This document shows positions 25,790 through 38,800 of a stretch of 64,000 nt of DNA, one piece after another (the stretch's first letter is position 1; every line of letters begins with the position of its first letter). The notes under the pieces are model-generated. The model saw only the letters and a list, made by a program, of their open reading frames with translations, was not told where the DNA came from and ran no database searches. A program made the position numbers and the translations under genes. This stretch comes from Eledone cirrhosa (lineage: Eukaryota), in contig OZ024744.1 of NCBI GenBank assembly GCA_964016885.1, positions 135,098,001 to 135,162,000 on the forward strand, read 5' to 3'.

Positions 25790-28700
25790 AAGTTAAGTTG
25801 GGGTTAAATTAAATTGGGGTTAAGTTAAGTTGGGGTTAAGTTAAGTTGGGGTTAAGATAAGTTGGGGTTAAGTTAAGTTGGGGTTGAGTTAAGTTGGAGT
25901 TGAGTTAATTTGGGGTTAACTTAAGTTGGGGGTACTTAAGTGGGGGTTAAGTTAAGTTGGGGTTAAGTTAAGTTGGGGTTAAGTTAAGTTGGGGTTAAAT
26001 TAAGTTGGGGTTAAATTAAGTTGGGGTTAAGTTAAGTTGGGGGTAAGTTAAGTTGGGGGCAAGTTAAGTTGGGGTTAAGTTAAGTTGGGGTTAAATTAAG
26101 TTGGGGTTAAGTTAAGTTGGTGTTAAGTTAAGTTGGGGTTTATTTAAGTTGGGGTTAATTAAGTTGGGGTTAAGTTAAGTTGGTGTTAAGTTAAGTTGGG
26201 GTTAATTTAAGTTGGGGTTGAGTTAAGTTGGGGTTAAGTTAAGTTGGGGTTCAGTTAAGTTGGTGTTAAGTTAAGTTGGGGCTAAGTTAAGTTGGGGCTG
26301 AGTTAAGTTGGGGCTGAGTTAAGTTGGGGTTAAGTTAAGTTGGGGTTGAGTTAAGTTGGGGTTAAGTTAAGTTGGGGTTAAGTTAAGTTGGGGTTTAGTT
26401 AAGTTGGGGTTCAGTTAAGTTGGGGTTAAGTTAAGTTTGGGTTAAGTTGGGGTTAAATTAAGTTGGGGTTAAGTTAAGTTGGGGTTATGTTAAGTTGGGG
26501 TTAAGTTAAGTTGCGGTTAAGTTAAGTTGGGGTTAAGTTAAGTTGGGGTTAAGTTAACTTGGGGTTAAGTTAAGTTGGGGTTAAGTTAAGTTGGGGTTAA
26601 GTTAAGTTGGGGTTAATTTAAGTTGGTGTTAAGTTAAGGCGGGGTTAAGTTGAGTTGGGGTTAAGTTAAGTTGGGGTTAAGTTAAGTTGGGGTTGAGTTA
26701 ATTTGGGGTTAACTTAAGTTGGGGGTACTTAAGTTGGGTTTAAGTTAAGTGGGGTTAAGTTAAGTTGGGGTTAGGTTAAGTTGGGGTTAAGTTAAGTTGG
26801 GGGTAAGTTAAGTTGAGGGTAAGTTAAGTTGGGGTTAATTTAAGTTGGGTCAAATTAAGTTGGGGTTAAGTTAAGTTGGAGTTAAGTTAAGTTGGGGTTA
26901 AATTAAGTTGGGGTTAAGTTAAGTTGGGGTTAAATTAAGTTGGAGTTAAGTTAAGTTGGGGTTAAGTTAAGTTGGGGTTAAGTTAAGTTGGGGGTAAGTT
27001 AAGTTGGTGGTAAGTTAAGTTGGGGGTAAGTTAAGATGGGGTTAAGTTAAGTTGGGGTTAAGTTAATTTGGGGTTAAGTTAGGGTTAAGTTAAGTTGGGT
27101 TGATTTAAGTTGGGGTTAAGTTAAGTTGGGGTTATGTTAAGTTGGGGTTAAGTTAAGTTGGGGTTTAGTTGATTTTGGGTTCAGTTAAGTTGCGGTTAAG
27201 TTAAGTTGGGGTTAAGTTAAGTTGGGGTTAAGTTAAGTTGGACTTACTTTAAGTTGGGGTTAAGTTAAGTTGGGGTTAAGTTAAGTTGGGGTTAAGTTAA
27301 GTTGGGGTTAAGTTAAGTTGCGGTTAAATTAAGTTGGGGTTAAGTTAATTTGGGGTTAAGTTAAGTTGGGGTTAAGATAAGTTGGGGTTAAGTTAAGAAG
27401 GGGTTGAGTTGAGTTGGGGTTAAGTTAAGTTGGGGTTAAATTAAATTGGGGTTAAGTTAAGTTGGGGTTAAGTTAAGTTGGGGTTAAGATAAGTTGGGGT
27501 TAAGTTAAGTTGGGGTTGAGTTAAGTTGAAGTTGAGTTAATTTGGGGTTAACTTAAGTTGGGGGTACTTAAGTGGGGGTTAAGTTAAGTTGGGGTTAAGT
27601 TAAGTTGGGGTTAAGTTAAGTTGGGGTTAAATTAAGTTGGGGTTAAATTAAGTTGGGGTTAAGTTAAGTTGGGGGTAAGTTAAGTTGGGGGCAAGTTAAG
27701 TTGGGGTTAAGTTAAGTTGGGGTTAAATTAAGTTGGGGTTAAGTTAAGTTGGTGTTAAGTTAAGTTGGGGTTTATTTAAGTTGGGGTTAATTAAGTTGGG
27801 GTTAAGTTAAGTTGGTGTTAAGTTAAGTTGGGGCTGAGTTAAGTTGGGGCTGAGTTAAGTTGGGGTTAAGTTAAGTTGGGGTTGAGTTAAGTTGGGGTTA
27901 AGTTAAGTTGGGGTTAAGTTAAGTTGGGGTTTAGTTAAGTTGGGGTTCAGTTAAGTTGGGGTTAAGTTAAGTTTGGGTTAAGTTGGGGTTAAATTAAGTT
28001 GGGGTTAAGTTAAGTTGGGGTTATGTTAAGTTGGGGTTAAGTTAAGTTGCGGTTAAGTTAAGTTGGGGTTAAGTTAAGTTGGGGTTAAGTTAACTTGGGG
28101 TTAAGTTAAGTTGGGGTTAAGTTAAGTTGGGGTTAAGTTAAGTTGGGGTTAATTTAAGTTGGTGTTAAGTTAAGGCGGGGTTAAGTTGAGTTGGGGTTAA
28201 GTTAAGTTGGGGTTAAGTTAAGTTGGGGTTGAGTTAATTTGGGGTTAACTTAAGTTGGGGGTACTTAAGTTGGGTTTAAGTTAAGTGGGGTTAAGTTAAG
28301 TTGGGGTTAGGTTAAGTTGGGGTTAAGTTAAGTTGGGGGTAAGTTAAGTTGAGGGTAAGTTAAGTTGGGGTTAATTTAAGTTGGGTCAAATTAAGTTGGG
28401 GTTAAGTTAAGTTGGAGTTAAGTTAAGTTGGGGTTAAATTAAGTTGGGGTTAAGTTAAGTTGGGGTTAAATTAAGTTGGAGTTAAGTTAAGTTGGGGTTA
28501 AGTTAAGTTGGGGTTAAGTTAAGTTGGGGGTAAGTTAAGTTGGTGGTAAGTTAAGTTGGGGGTAAGTTAAGATGGGGTTAAGTTAAGTTGGGGTTAAGTT
28601 AATTTGGGGTTAAGTTAGGGTTAAGTTAAGTTGGGTTGATTTAAGTTGGGGTTAAGTTAAGTTGGGGTTATGTTAAGTTGGGGTTAAGTTAAGTTGGGGT

Positions 28701-28945
28701 TTAGTTGATTTTGGGTTCAGTTAAGTTGCGGTTAAGTTAAGTTGGGGTTAAGTTAAGTTGGGGTTAAGTTAAGTTGGGGTTACTTTAAGTTGGGGTTAAG
28801 TTAAGTTGGGGTTAAGTTAAGTTGGGGTTAAGTTAAGTTGGGGTTAAGTTAAGTTGCGGTTAAATTAAGTTGGGGTTAAGTTAATTTGGGGTTAAGTTAA
28901 GTTGGGGTTAAGATAAGTTGGGGTTAAGTTAAGAAGGGGTTGAGT
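25790..28945 (+). repeat. ~1.5-1.6 kb tandem duplication
   Basis: TTAAATTAAATT 25804/27436 (offset 1632), GATTTT 27171/28707 (1536), AAGAAGGGG (AGA at 27396/28932, 1536). The second copy is 96 bp (6 monomers) shorter. Confidence 0.85.
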
Positions 28946-30979
28946 TAAGTTGGGGTTGAGTTAATTTGGGGTTAACTTAAGTTGGGGGTACTTAAGTTGG
29001 GTTTAAGTTAAGTGGGGTTAAGTTAAGTTGGGGTTAAGTTAAGTTGGGGTTAAGTTAGGATGTGGTTAAGTTAAGTTGGGGTAAGTTAAGTTGGGGGTAA
29101 GTTAAGTTGGGGTTAATTTAAGTTGGGTCTAATTAAGTTGGGGTTAAGTTAAGTTGGGGTTAAGTTAACTTGGGGTTAAATTAAGTTGGGGTTAAGTTAA
29201 GTTGGGGCTAAATTAAGTTTGGGTTAATTAAGTTGGGGTTAAGTTAAGTTGGGGTTAAGTTAAGTTGGGGTTAAGTTAAGTTGGGGGTAAGTTAAGTTGG
29301 TGGTAAGTTAAGTTGGGGGTAAGTTAAGATGGGGTTAAGTTAAGTTGGGGTTAAGTTAATTTGGGGTTAAGTTAGGGTTAAGTTAAGTTGGGGTTGAGTT
29401 AAGTTGGGGTTAAGTTAAGTTGGGGTTATGTTAAGTTGGGGTTAAATTAAGTTGGGGTTAAGTTAAGTTGGGGTTAAGTTAAGTTGGTGTTAAGTTAAGT
29501 TGGGGCTAAGTTAAGTTGGGGCTGAGTTAAGTTGGGGCTGAGTTAAGTTGGGGTTAAGTTAAGTTGGGGTTAAGTTAAGTTGGGGTTAAGTTAAGTTGGG
29601 GTTAAGTTAAGTTGGGGTTGAGTTAAGTTGGGGTTCAGTTAAGTTGGGGTTAAGTTAAGTTGGGGTTAAGATGGGGTTAAATTAAGTTGGGGTTAAGTTA
29701 AGTTGGGGTTAAGTTAATTTGGGGTTAAGTTAAGTTGGGGTTAAGTTAAGTCGGGGTTAAGTTAAGTCGGGGTTAAGTTAAGTTAGGGTTAAGTTAAGTT
29801 GGAGTTAAGTTAAGTTGGGGTTAAGTTAAGTTGGGGTTAAGTTAAGTTGGGGTTTAGTTAAGTTGGGGTTGAGTTAAGTTGGGGTTAAGTTAAGTTGGGG
29901 TTAAGTTAAGTTGGTGTTAAGTTAAGTTGGGGCTAAGTTAAGTTGGGGTTAAGTTAAGTTGGGGTTAAGTTAAGTTGGGGTTTAGTTAAGTTGGGGTTCA
30001 GTTAAGTTGGGGTTAAGTTAAGTTTGGGTTAAGTTGGGGTTAAATTAAGTTGGGGTTAAGTTAAGTTGGGGTTTAGTTAAGTTGGGGTTAAGTTAAGTTG
30101 GGGTTAATTTAAGTTGGGGTTAAGTTAAGTTGCGGGTAATTTAAGTTGGGGTTAAGTTAAGTTGGGGTTAAATTAAGTTGGAGTTAAGTTAAGTTGGGAT
30201 TAAGTTAAGTTGGGGTTAAGTTAAGTTGGGGGTAAGTTAAGTTGGTGGTAAGTTAAGTTGGGGGTAAGTTAAGATGGGGTTAAGTTAAGTTGGGGTTAAA
30301 TTAAGTTGGGGTTAAATTAAGTTGGGGTTAAGTTAAGTTGGGGGTAAGTTAAGTTGGGGGCAAGTTAAGTTGGGGTTAAGTTAAGTTGGGGTTAAATTAA
30401 GTTGGGGTTAAGTTAAGTTGGGGTTAAGTTAAGTGGTGGTTATGTTAAGTTGGGGTTAAGTTAATTTGGGGTTAAGTTAGGGTTAAGTTAAGTTGGGGTT
30501 GAGTTAAGTTGGGGTTAAGTTAAGTTGGGGTTAAGTTAAGTTGGGGTTAATTTAAGTTGGGGTTAAGTTAAGTTGGGGTTAAGTTAAGTTGGGGTTAAGT
30601 TAAGTTGGGGTTAAGTTAAGTTGGGGTTGAATTAAGTTGGGGTTAAGTTAATTTAGGGTTAAGTTATGGTTAAGTTAAGTTGGGGTTGAGTTAAGTTGGG
30701 GTTAAGTTAAGTTGGGGTTATGTTAAGATGGGGTTAAGTTAAGTTGGGGTTAAATTAAGTTGGAGTTAAGTTAAGTTGGGGTTAAGTTAAGTTGGGGTTA
30801 AGTTAAGTTGGGGGTAAGTTAAGTTGGTGGTAAGTTAAGTTGGGGGTAAGTTAAGATGGGGTTAAGTTAAGTTGGGGTTAAGTTAATTTGGGGTTAAGTT
30901 AGGGTTAATTTAAGTTGGGGTTGAGTTAAGTTGGGGTTAAGTTAAGTTGCGGTTACGTTAATTTGGGGTTAAGTTAAGT

Positions 30980-33900
30980 TGGGGTTAAGTTGAGTTGGGG
31001 TTCAGTTAAGTTGCGGTTAAGTTAAGTTGGGGTTAAGTTAAGTTGGGGTTAAATTAAGTTGGGGTTACTTTAAGTTGGGGTTAAGTTAAGTTGGGGTTAA
31101 GTTAAGTTGGGGCTGAGTTAAGTTGGGGCTGAGTTAAGTTGGGGTTAAGTTAAGTTGGGGTTGAGTTAAGTTGGGGTTAAGTTAAGTTGGGGTTAAGGTA
31201 AGTTGGGGTTAAGTTAAGTTGGGGTTAAGTTAAGTTGGGGTTGAGTTAAGTTGGGGTTAAGTTAAGTTGGGGTTAAGTTAAGTTGGGGTTCAGTTAAGTT
31301 GGGGTTAAGTTAAGTTGGGGTTAAGATGGGGTTAAATTAAGTTGGGGTTAAGTTAAGTTGGGGTTAAGTTAAGTCGGGGTTAAGTTAAGTCGGGGTTAAG
31401 TTAAGTTAGGGTTAAGTTAAGTTGGAGTTAAGTTAAGTTGGGGTTGAGTTAAGTTGGGGTTGAGTTAAATTGGGGTGGAGTTAAGTTGGGGTTGAGTTAA
31501 GTTGGTGTTGAGTTAAGTTGGGGTTAACTTAAGTTGGGGTTAAGTTAAGTTGCAGTTAAGTTAAGTTGAGTTTAAGTTAAGTTGGGGCTAAGTTAAGTTG
31601 GGGCTAAGTTAAGTTGGGGCTAAGTTAAGTTGGGGCTAAGTTAAGTTGGGGTTCAGTTAAGTTGGTGTTAAGTTAAGTTTGGGTTAAGTTGGGGTTAAAT
31701 GAAGTTGGGGTTAAGTTAAGTTGGGGTTTAGTTAAGTTGGGGTTAAGTTAAGTTGGGGTTAATTTAAGTTGGGGTTAAGTTAAGTTGGGGTTAAGTTAAG
31801 TGGTGGTTATGTTAAGTTGGGGTTAAGTTAAGTTGGGGTTAATTTAAATTGGGGTTAAGTTAATTTTGTGGTTAAGTTAAGTTGGGGTTAAGTTAAGTCG
31901 GGGTTAAGTTAATTTGGGGTTGAGTTAAGTTGGGGTTAATTTAAGTTGGGGCTAAGTTAATTTGTGGTTAAGTTAAGTTGGGGTTAAGTTAAGTTGGGGT
32001 TAAGTTAAGTTGGGGTTGAGTTAAGTTGGGGTTGAGTTAATTTAGGGTTAAGTTAAGTTGGGGTTAAGTTAAGTTGGGTTTAAGTTAAGTTGGGGTTAAA
32101 TTAAGTTGGGGTTAAATTAAGTTGGGGTTAAGTTAAGTTGGGGGTAAGTTAAGTTGGGGGCAAGTTAAGTTGGGGTTAAGTTAAGTTGGGGTTAAATTAA
32201 GTTGGGGTTAAGTTAAGTTGGTGTTAATTTAAGTTGGGGTTTATTTAAGTTGGGGTTAATTAAGTTGGGGTTAAGTTAAGTTGGGGTTAAGTTAAGTTGG
32301 GGTTAATTTAAGTTGGGGTTGAGTTAAGTTGCGGTTAAGTTAAGTTGGTGTTAATTTAAGTTGGGGTTTATTTAAGTTGGGGTTAATTAAGTTGGGGTTA
32401 AGTTAAGTTGGGGTTAAGTTAAGTTGGGGTTGAGTTAAGTTGCGGTTAAGTTAAGTTGGGTTTATATTAAGTTGGGGTTAAGTTAAGTTGGGGTTAAGTT
32501 GAGTTGGGGTTCAGTTAAGTTGCGGTTAAGTTAAGTTGGGGTTAAGTTAAGTTGGGGTTAAATTAAGTTGGGGTTACTTTAAGTTGGGGTTAAGTTAAGT
32601 TGGGGTTAAGTTAAGTTGGGGTTGAGTTAAGTTGGGGTTAAGTTAAGTTGGGGTTAAGGTAAGTTGGGGTTAAGTTAAGTTGGGGTTAAGTTAAGTTGGG
32701 GTTGAGTTAAGTTGGGGTTAAGTTAAGTTGGGGTTAAGTTAAGTTGGGGTTCAGTTAAGTTGGGGTTAAGTTAAGTTGGGGTTAAGATGGGGTTAAATTA
32801 AGTTGGGGTTAAGTTAAGTTGGGGTTAAGTTAAGTCGGGGTTAAGTTAAGTCGGGGTTAAGTTAAGTTAGGGTTAAGTTAAGTTGGAGTTAAGTTAAGTT
32901 GGGGTTGAGTTAAGTTGGGGTTGAGTTAAATTGGGGTGGAGTTAAGTTGGGGTTGAGTTAAGTTGGTGTTGAGTTAAGTTGGGGTTAACTTAAGTTGGGG
33001 TTAAGTTAAGTTGCAGTTAAGTTAAGTTGAGTTTAAGTTAAGTTGGGGCTAAGTTAAGTTGGGGCTAAGTTAAGTTGGGGCTAAGTTAAGTTGGGGCTAA
33101 GTTAAGTTGGGGTTCAGTTAAGTTGGTGTTAAGTTAAGTTTGGGTTAAGTTGGGGTTAAATGAAGTTGGGGTTAAGTTAAGTTGGGGTTTAGTTAAGTTG
33201 GGGTTAAGTTAAGTTGGGGTTAATTTAAGTTGGGGTTAAGTTAAGTTGGGGTTAAGTTAAGTGGTGGTTATGTTAAGTTGGGGTTAAGTTAAGTTGGGGT
33301 TAATTTAAATTGGGGTTAAGTTAATTTTGTGGTTAAGTTAAGTTGGGGTTAAGTTAAGTCGGGGTTAAGTTAATTTGGGGTTGAGTTAAGTTGGGGTTAA
33401 TTTAAGTTGGGGCTAAGTTAATTTGTGGTTAAGTTAAGTTGGGGTTAAGTTAAGTTGGGGTTAAGTTAAGTTGGGGTTGAGTTAAGTTGGGGTTGAGTTA
33501 ATTTAGGGTTAAGTTAAGTTGGGGTTAAGTTAAGTTGGGTTTAAGTTAAGTTGGGGTTAAATTAAGTTGGGGTTAAATTAAGTTGGGGTTAAGTTAAGTT
33601 GGGGGTAAGTTAAGTTGGGGGCAAGTTAAGTTGGGGTTAAGTTAAGTTGGGGTTAAATTAAGTTGGGGTTAAGTTAAGTTGGTGTTAATTTAAGTTGGGG
33701 TTTATTTAAGTTGGGGTTAATTAAGTTGGGGTTAAGTTAAGTTGGGGTTAAGTTAAGTTGGGGTTAATTTAAGTTGGGGTTGAGTTAAGTTGCGGTTAAG
33801 TTAAGTTGGTGTTAATTTAAGTTGGGGTTTATTTAAGTTGGGGTTAATTAAGTTGGGGTTAAGTTAAGTTGGGGTTAAGTTAAGTTGGGGTTGAGTTAAG

Positions 33901-35270
33901 TTGCGGTTAAGTTAAGTTGGGTTTATATTAAGTTGGGGTTAAGTTAAGTTGGGGTTAAGTTGAGTTGGGGTTCAGTTAAGTTGCGGTTAAGTTAAGTTGG
34001 GGTTAAGTTAAGTTGGGGTTAAATTAAGTTGGGGTTACTTTAAGTTGGGGTTAAGTTAAGTTGGGGTTAAGTTAAGTTGGGGTTGAGTTAAGTTGGGGTT
34101 AAGTTAAGTTGGGGTTAAGGTAAGTTGGGGTTAAGTTAAGTTGGGGTTAAGTTAAGTTGGGGTTGAGTTAAGTTGGGGTTAAGTTAAGTTGGGGTTAAGT
34201 TAAGTTGGGGTTCAGTTAAGTTGGGGTTAAGTTAAGTTGGGGTTAAGATGGGGTTAAATTAAGTTGGGGTTAAGTTAAGTTGGGGTTAAGTTAAGTCGGG
34301 GTTAAGTTAAGTCGGGGTTAAGTTAAGTTAGGGTTAAGTTAAGTTGGAGTTAAGTTAAGTTGGGGTTGAGTTAAGTTGGGGTTGAGTTAAATTGGGGTGG
34401 AGTTAAGTTGGGGTTGAGTTAAGTTGGTGTTGAGTTAAGTTGGGGTTAACTTAAGTTGGGGTTAAGTTAAGTTGCAGTTAAGTTAAGTTGAGTTTAAGTT
34501 AAGTTGGGGCTAAGTTAAGTTGGGGCTAAGTTAAGTTGGGGCTAAGTTAAGTTGGGGCTAAGTTAAGTTGGGGTTCAGTTAAGTTGGTGTTAAGTTAAGT
34601 TTGGGTTAAGTTGGGGTTAAATGAAGTTGGGGTTAAGTTAAGTTGGGGTTTAGTTAAGTTGGGGTTAAGTTAAGTTGGGGTTAATTTAAGTTGGGGTTAA
34701 GTTAAGTTGGGGTTAAGTTAAGTGGTGGTTATGTTAAGTTGGGGTTAAGTTAAGTTGGGGTTAATTTAAATTGGGGTTAAGTTAATTTTGTGGTTAAGTT
34801 AAGTTGGGGTTAAGTTAAGTCGGGGTTAAGTTAATTTGGGGTTGAGTTAAGTTGGGGTTAATTTAAGTTGGGGCTAAGTTAATTTGTGGTTAAGTTAAGT
34901 TGGGGTTAAGTTAAGTTGGGGTTAAGTTAAGTTGGGGTTGAGTTAAGTTGGGGTTGAGTTAATTTAGGGTTAAGTTAAGTTGGGGTTAAGTTAAGTTGGG
35001 TTTAAGTTAAGTTGGGGTTAAATTAAGTTGGGGTTAAATTAAGTTGGGGTTAAGTTAAGTTGGGGGTAAGTTAAGTTGGGGGCAAGTTAAGTTGGGGTTA
35101 AGTTAAGTTGGGGTTAAATTAAGTTGGGGTTAAGTTAAGTTGGTGTTAATTTAAGTTGGGGTTTATTTAAGTTGGGGTTAATTAAGTTGGGGTTAAGTTA
35201 AGTTGGGGTTAAGTTAAGTTGGGGTTAATTTAAGTTGGGGTTGAGTTAAGTTGCGGTTAAGTTAAGTTGG
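30980..35270 (+). repeat. Three tandem copies of a 1461-bp higher-order unit
   Basis: TGCAG at 31551, 33012 and 34473 (offsets 1461, 1461). TTTATAT at 32461/33922 (1461). Confidence 0.9.
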
Positions 35271-35809
35271 GTATATATTAAGTTGGGGTTAAGTTAAGTT
35301 GGGGTTAAGTTAAGTTAGGGTTAAGTTAAGTTGGGGTTAAGTTAAGTTGGGGCTGAGTTAAGTTGGGGCTGAGTTAAGTTGGGGTTAAGTTAAGTTGGGG
35401 TTGATTTAAGTTGGGGTTAAGTTAAGTTGGGGTTAAGTTAAGTTGGGTTTATATTAAGTTGGGTTTAAGTTAAGTTGGGGTTTAGTTAAGTTGGGGTTCA
35501 GTTAAGTTGGGGTTAAGTTAAGTTTGGGTTAAGTTGGAGTTAAATTAATTTGGGGTTAAGTTAAGTTGGGGTTTAGTTAAGTTGGGGTTAAGTTAAGTTG
35601 GGGTTAATTTAAGTTGGGGTTAAGTTAAGTTGCGGGTAATTTAAGTTGGGGTTAAGTTAAGTTGGGGTTAAGTTAAGGCGGGGTTAAGTTGAGTTGGGGT
35701 TGAGTTAATTTGGGGTTAACTTAAGTTGGGGGTACTTAAGGTGGGTTTAAGTTAAGTGGGGTTAAGTTAAGTTGGGGTTAAGTTAAGTTGGGGTTAAGTT
35801 AAGTTGGGG

Positions 35810-38800
35810 TTAAGTTAGGTTGTGGTTAAGTTAAGTTGGGGGTAAGTTAAGTTGGGGGTAAGTTAAGTTGCGGTTAATTTAAGTTGGGTCTAATTAAGTT
35901 GGGGTTAAGTTAAGTTGGGGTTAAGTTAAGTTGGGGTTGAGTTAATTTGGGGTTAAGTTAAGTTGGGGTTAAGTTAAGTTGGGTTTAAGTTAAGTTGGGG
36001 TTAAATTAAGTTGGGGTTAAATTAAGTTGGGGTTAAGTTAAGTTGGGGGTAAGTTAAGTTGGGGGCAAGTTAAGTTGGGGTTAAGTTAAGTTGGGGTTAA
36101 ATTAAGTTGGGGTTAAGTTAAGTTGGTCTTAATTTAAGTTGGGGTTTATTTAAGTTGGGGTTAATTAAGTTGGGGTTAAGTTAAGTTGGGGTTAAGTTAA
36201 GTTGGGGTTACTTTAAGTTGGGGTTAAGTTAATTTGTGGTTAAGTTAAGTTGGGGTTAAGTTAAGTTGGGGTTAAGTTAAGTTGGGGTTGAGTTTAGTTG
36301 GGGTTGAGTTAATTTAGGGTTAAGTTAAGTTGGGGTTAAGTTAAGTTGGGTTTAAGTTAAGTTGGGGTTAAATTAAGTTGGGGTTAAATTAAGTTGGGGT
36401 TAAGTTAAGTTGGGGGTAAGTTAAGTTGGGGGCAAGTTAAGTTGGGGTTAAGTTAAGTTGGGGTTAAATTAAGTTGGGGTTAAGTTAAGTTGGTGTTAAT
36501 TTAAGTTGGGGTTTATTTAAGTTGGGGTTAATTAAGTTGGGGTTAAGTTAAGTTGGGGTTAAGTTAAGTTGGGGTTAATTTAAGTTGGGGTTGAGTTAAG
36601 TTGCGGTTAAGTTAAGTTGGGTTTATATTAAGTTGGGGTTAAGTTAAGTTGGGGTTAAGTTAAGTTAGGGTTAAGTTAAGTTGGGGTTAAGTTAAGTTGG
36701 GGCTGAGTTAAGTTGGGGCTGAGTTAAGTTGGGGTTAAGTTAAGTTGGGGTTGATTTAAGTTGGGGTTAAGTTAAGTTGGGGTTAAGTTAAGTTGGGGTT
36801 AAGTTAAGTTGGGTTTAAGTTAAGTTGGGGTTTAGTTAAGTTGGGGTTCAGTTAAGTTGGGGTTAAGTTAAGTTTGGGTTAAGTTGGAGTTAAATTAATT
36901 TGGGGTTAAGTTAAGTTGGGGTTTAGTTAAGTTGGGGTTAAGTTAAGTTGGGGTTAATTTAAGTTGGGGTTAAGTTAAGTTGCGGGTAATTTAAGTTGGG
37001 GTTAAGTTAAGTTGGGGTTAAGTTAAGGCGGGGTTAAGTTGAGTTGGGGTTGAGTTAATTTGGGGTTAACTTAAGTTGGGGGTACTTAAGGTGGGTTTAA
37101 GTTAAGTGGGGTTAAGTTAAGTTGGGGTTAAGTTAAGTTGGGGTTAAGTTAAGTTGGGGTTAAGTTAGGTTGTGGTTAAGTTAAGTTGGGGGTAAGTTAA
37201 GTTGGGGGTAAGTTAAGTTGCGGTTAATTTAAGTTGGGTCTAATTAAGTTGGGGTTAAGTTAAGTTGGGGTTAAGTTAAGTTGGGGTTGAGTTAATTTGG
37301 GGTTAAGTTAAGTTGGGGTTAAGTTAAGTTGGGTTTAAGTTAAGTTGGGGTTAAATTAAGTTGGGGTTAAATTAAGTTGGGGTTAAGTTAAGTTGGGGGT
37401 AAGTTAAGTTGGGGGCAAGTTAAGTTGGGGTTAAGTTAAGTTGGGGTTAAATTAAGTTGGGGTTAAGTTAAGTTGGTCTTAATTTAAGTTGGGGTTTATT
37501 TAAGTTGGGGTTAATTAAGTTGGGGTTAAGTTAAGTTGGGGTTAAGTTAAGTTGGGGTTACTTTAAGTTGGGGTTGAGTTAAGTTGCGGTTAAGTTAAGT
37601 TGGGTTTATATTAAGTTGGGGTTAAGTTAAGTTGGGGTTAAGTTGAGTTGGGGTTAAGTTAATTTGGGGTTAAGTTATGGTTAAGTTAAGTTGGGGTTTA
37701 GTTAATTTGGGGTTAAGTTAAGTTGGGGTTATGTTAAGTTGGGGTTAAGTTAAGTTGGGGTTAAGTTGAGTTGGGGTTCAGTTAAGTTGCGGTTAATTTA
37801 AGTAGGGGTTAAGTTAAGTTGGGGTTAATTTAAGTTGGGGTTAAGTTAAGTTGGGGTTAATTTAAGTTGGGGTTAAGTTAAGTTGGGGATAAGTTAAGTT
37901 GGGGTTAAGTTAAGTTGGGGGTAAGTTAAGTTGGGGGTAAGTTAAGTTGGGGTTAATTTAAGTTGGGTCTAATTAAGTTGGGGTTAAGTTAAGTTGGGGT
38001 TAAGTTAAGTTGGGGTTGAGTTAATTTGGGCTTAACTTAAGTTGGGGGTACTTAAGTTGGGTTTAAGTTAAGTGGGGTTAAGTTAAGTTGGGGTTAAGTT
38101 AAGTTGGGGTTAAGTTAAGTTGGGGGTAAGTTAAGTTGAGGGTAAGTTAAGTTGGGGTTAATTTAAGTTGGGTCAAATTAAGTTGGGGTTAAGTTAAGTC
38201 GGAGTTAAGTTAAGTTGGGGTTAAATTAAGTTGGGGTTAAGTTAAGTTGGGGTTAAATTAAGTTGGAGTTAAGTTAAGTTGGGGTTAAGTTAAGTTGGGG
38301 TTAAGTTAAGTTGGGGGTAAGTTAAGTTGGTGGTAAGTTAAGTTGGGGGTAATTTAAGATGGGGTTAAGTTAAGTTGGGGTTAAGTTAATTTGGGGTTAA
38401 GTTAGGGTTAAGTTAAGTTGGGTTGATTTAAGTTGGGGTTAAGTTAAGTTGGGGTTAAGTTAAGTTGGTGTTAAGTTAAGTTGGGGTTAATTTAAGTTGG
38501 GGTTGAGTTAAGTTGGGGTTAAGTTAAGTTGGGGTTAAGTTAAGTTGGTGTTAAGTTAAGTTGGGGCTAAGTTAAGTTGGGGCTGAGTTAAGTTGGGGCT
38601 GATTTAAGTTGGGGTTAAGTTAAGTTGGGGTTGAGTTAAGTTGGGGTTAAGTTAAGTTGGGGTTAAGTTAAGTTGGGGTTTAGTTAAGTTGGGGTTCAGT
38701 TAAGTTGGGGTTAAGTTAAGTTTGGGTTAAGTTGGGGTTAAATTAAGTTGGGGTTAAGTTAAGTTGGGGTTATGTTAAGTTGGGGTTAAGTTAAGTTGCG

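Larger units (their letters stand above)
14980..36930 (+). repeat. Large tandem duplication: ~14980-23700 repeated from ~23701 to ~36930, with the second copy internally expanded
   Basis: AAGATGGGG 14996/23717 (offset 8721), GCG 15871/24593 (8722), TCG 16108/24830 (8722), GATTTT 18433/27171 (8738), TGCAG 21245/31551 (10306), GGTCTTAA 22897/36125 (13228). The growth in offset is accounted for by internal duplications of ~1536 bp and 2x1461 bp plus a few monomers. Confidence 0.85.
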
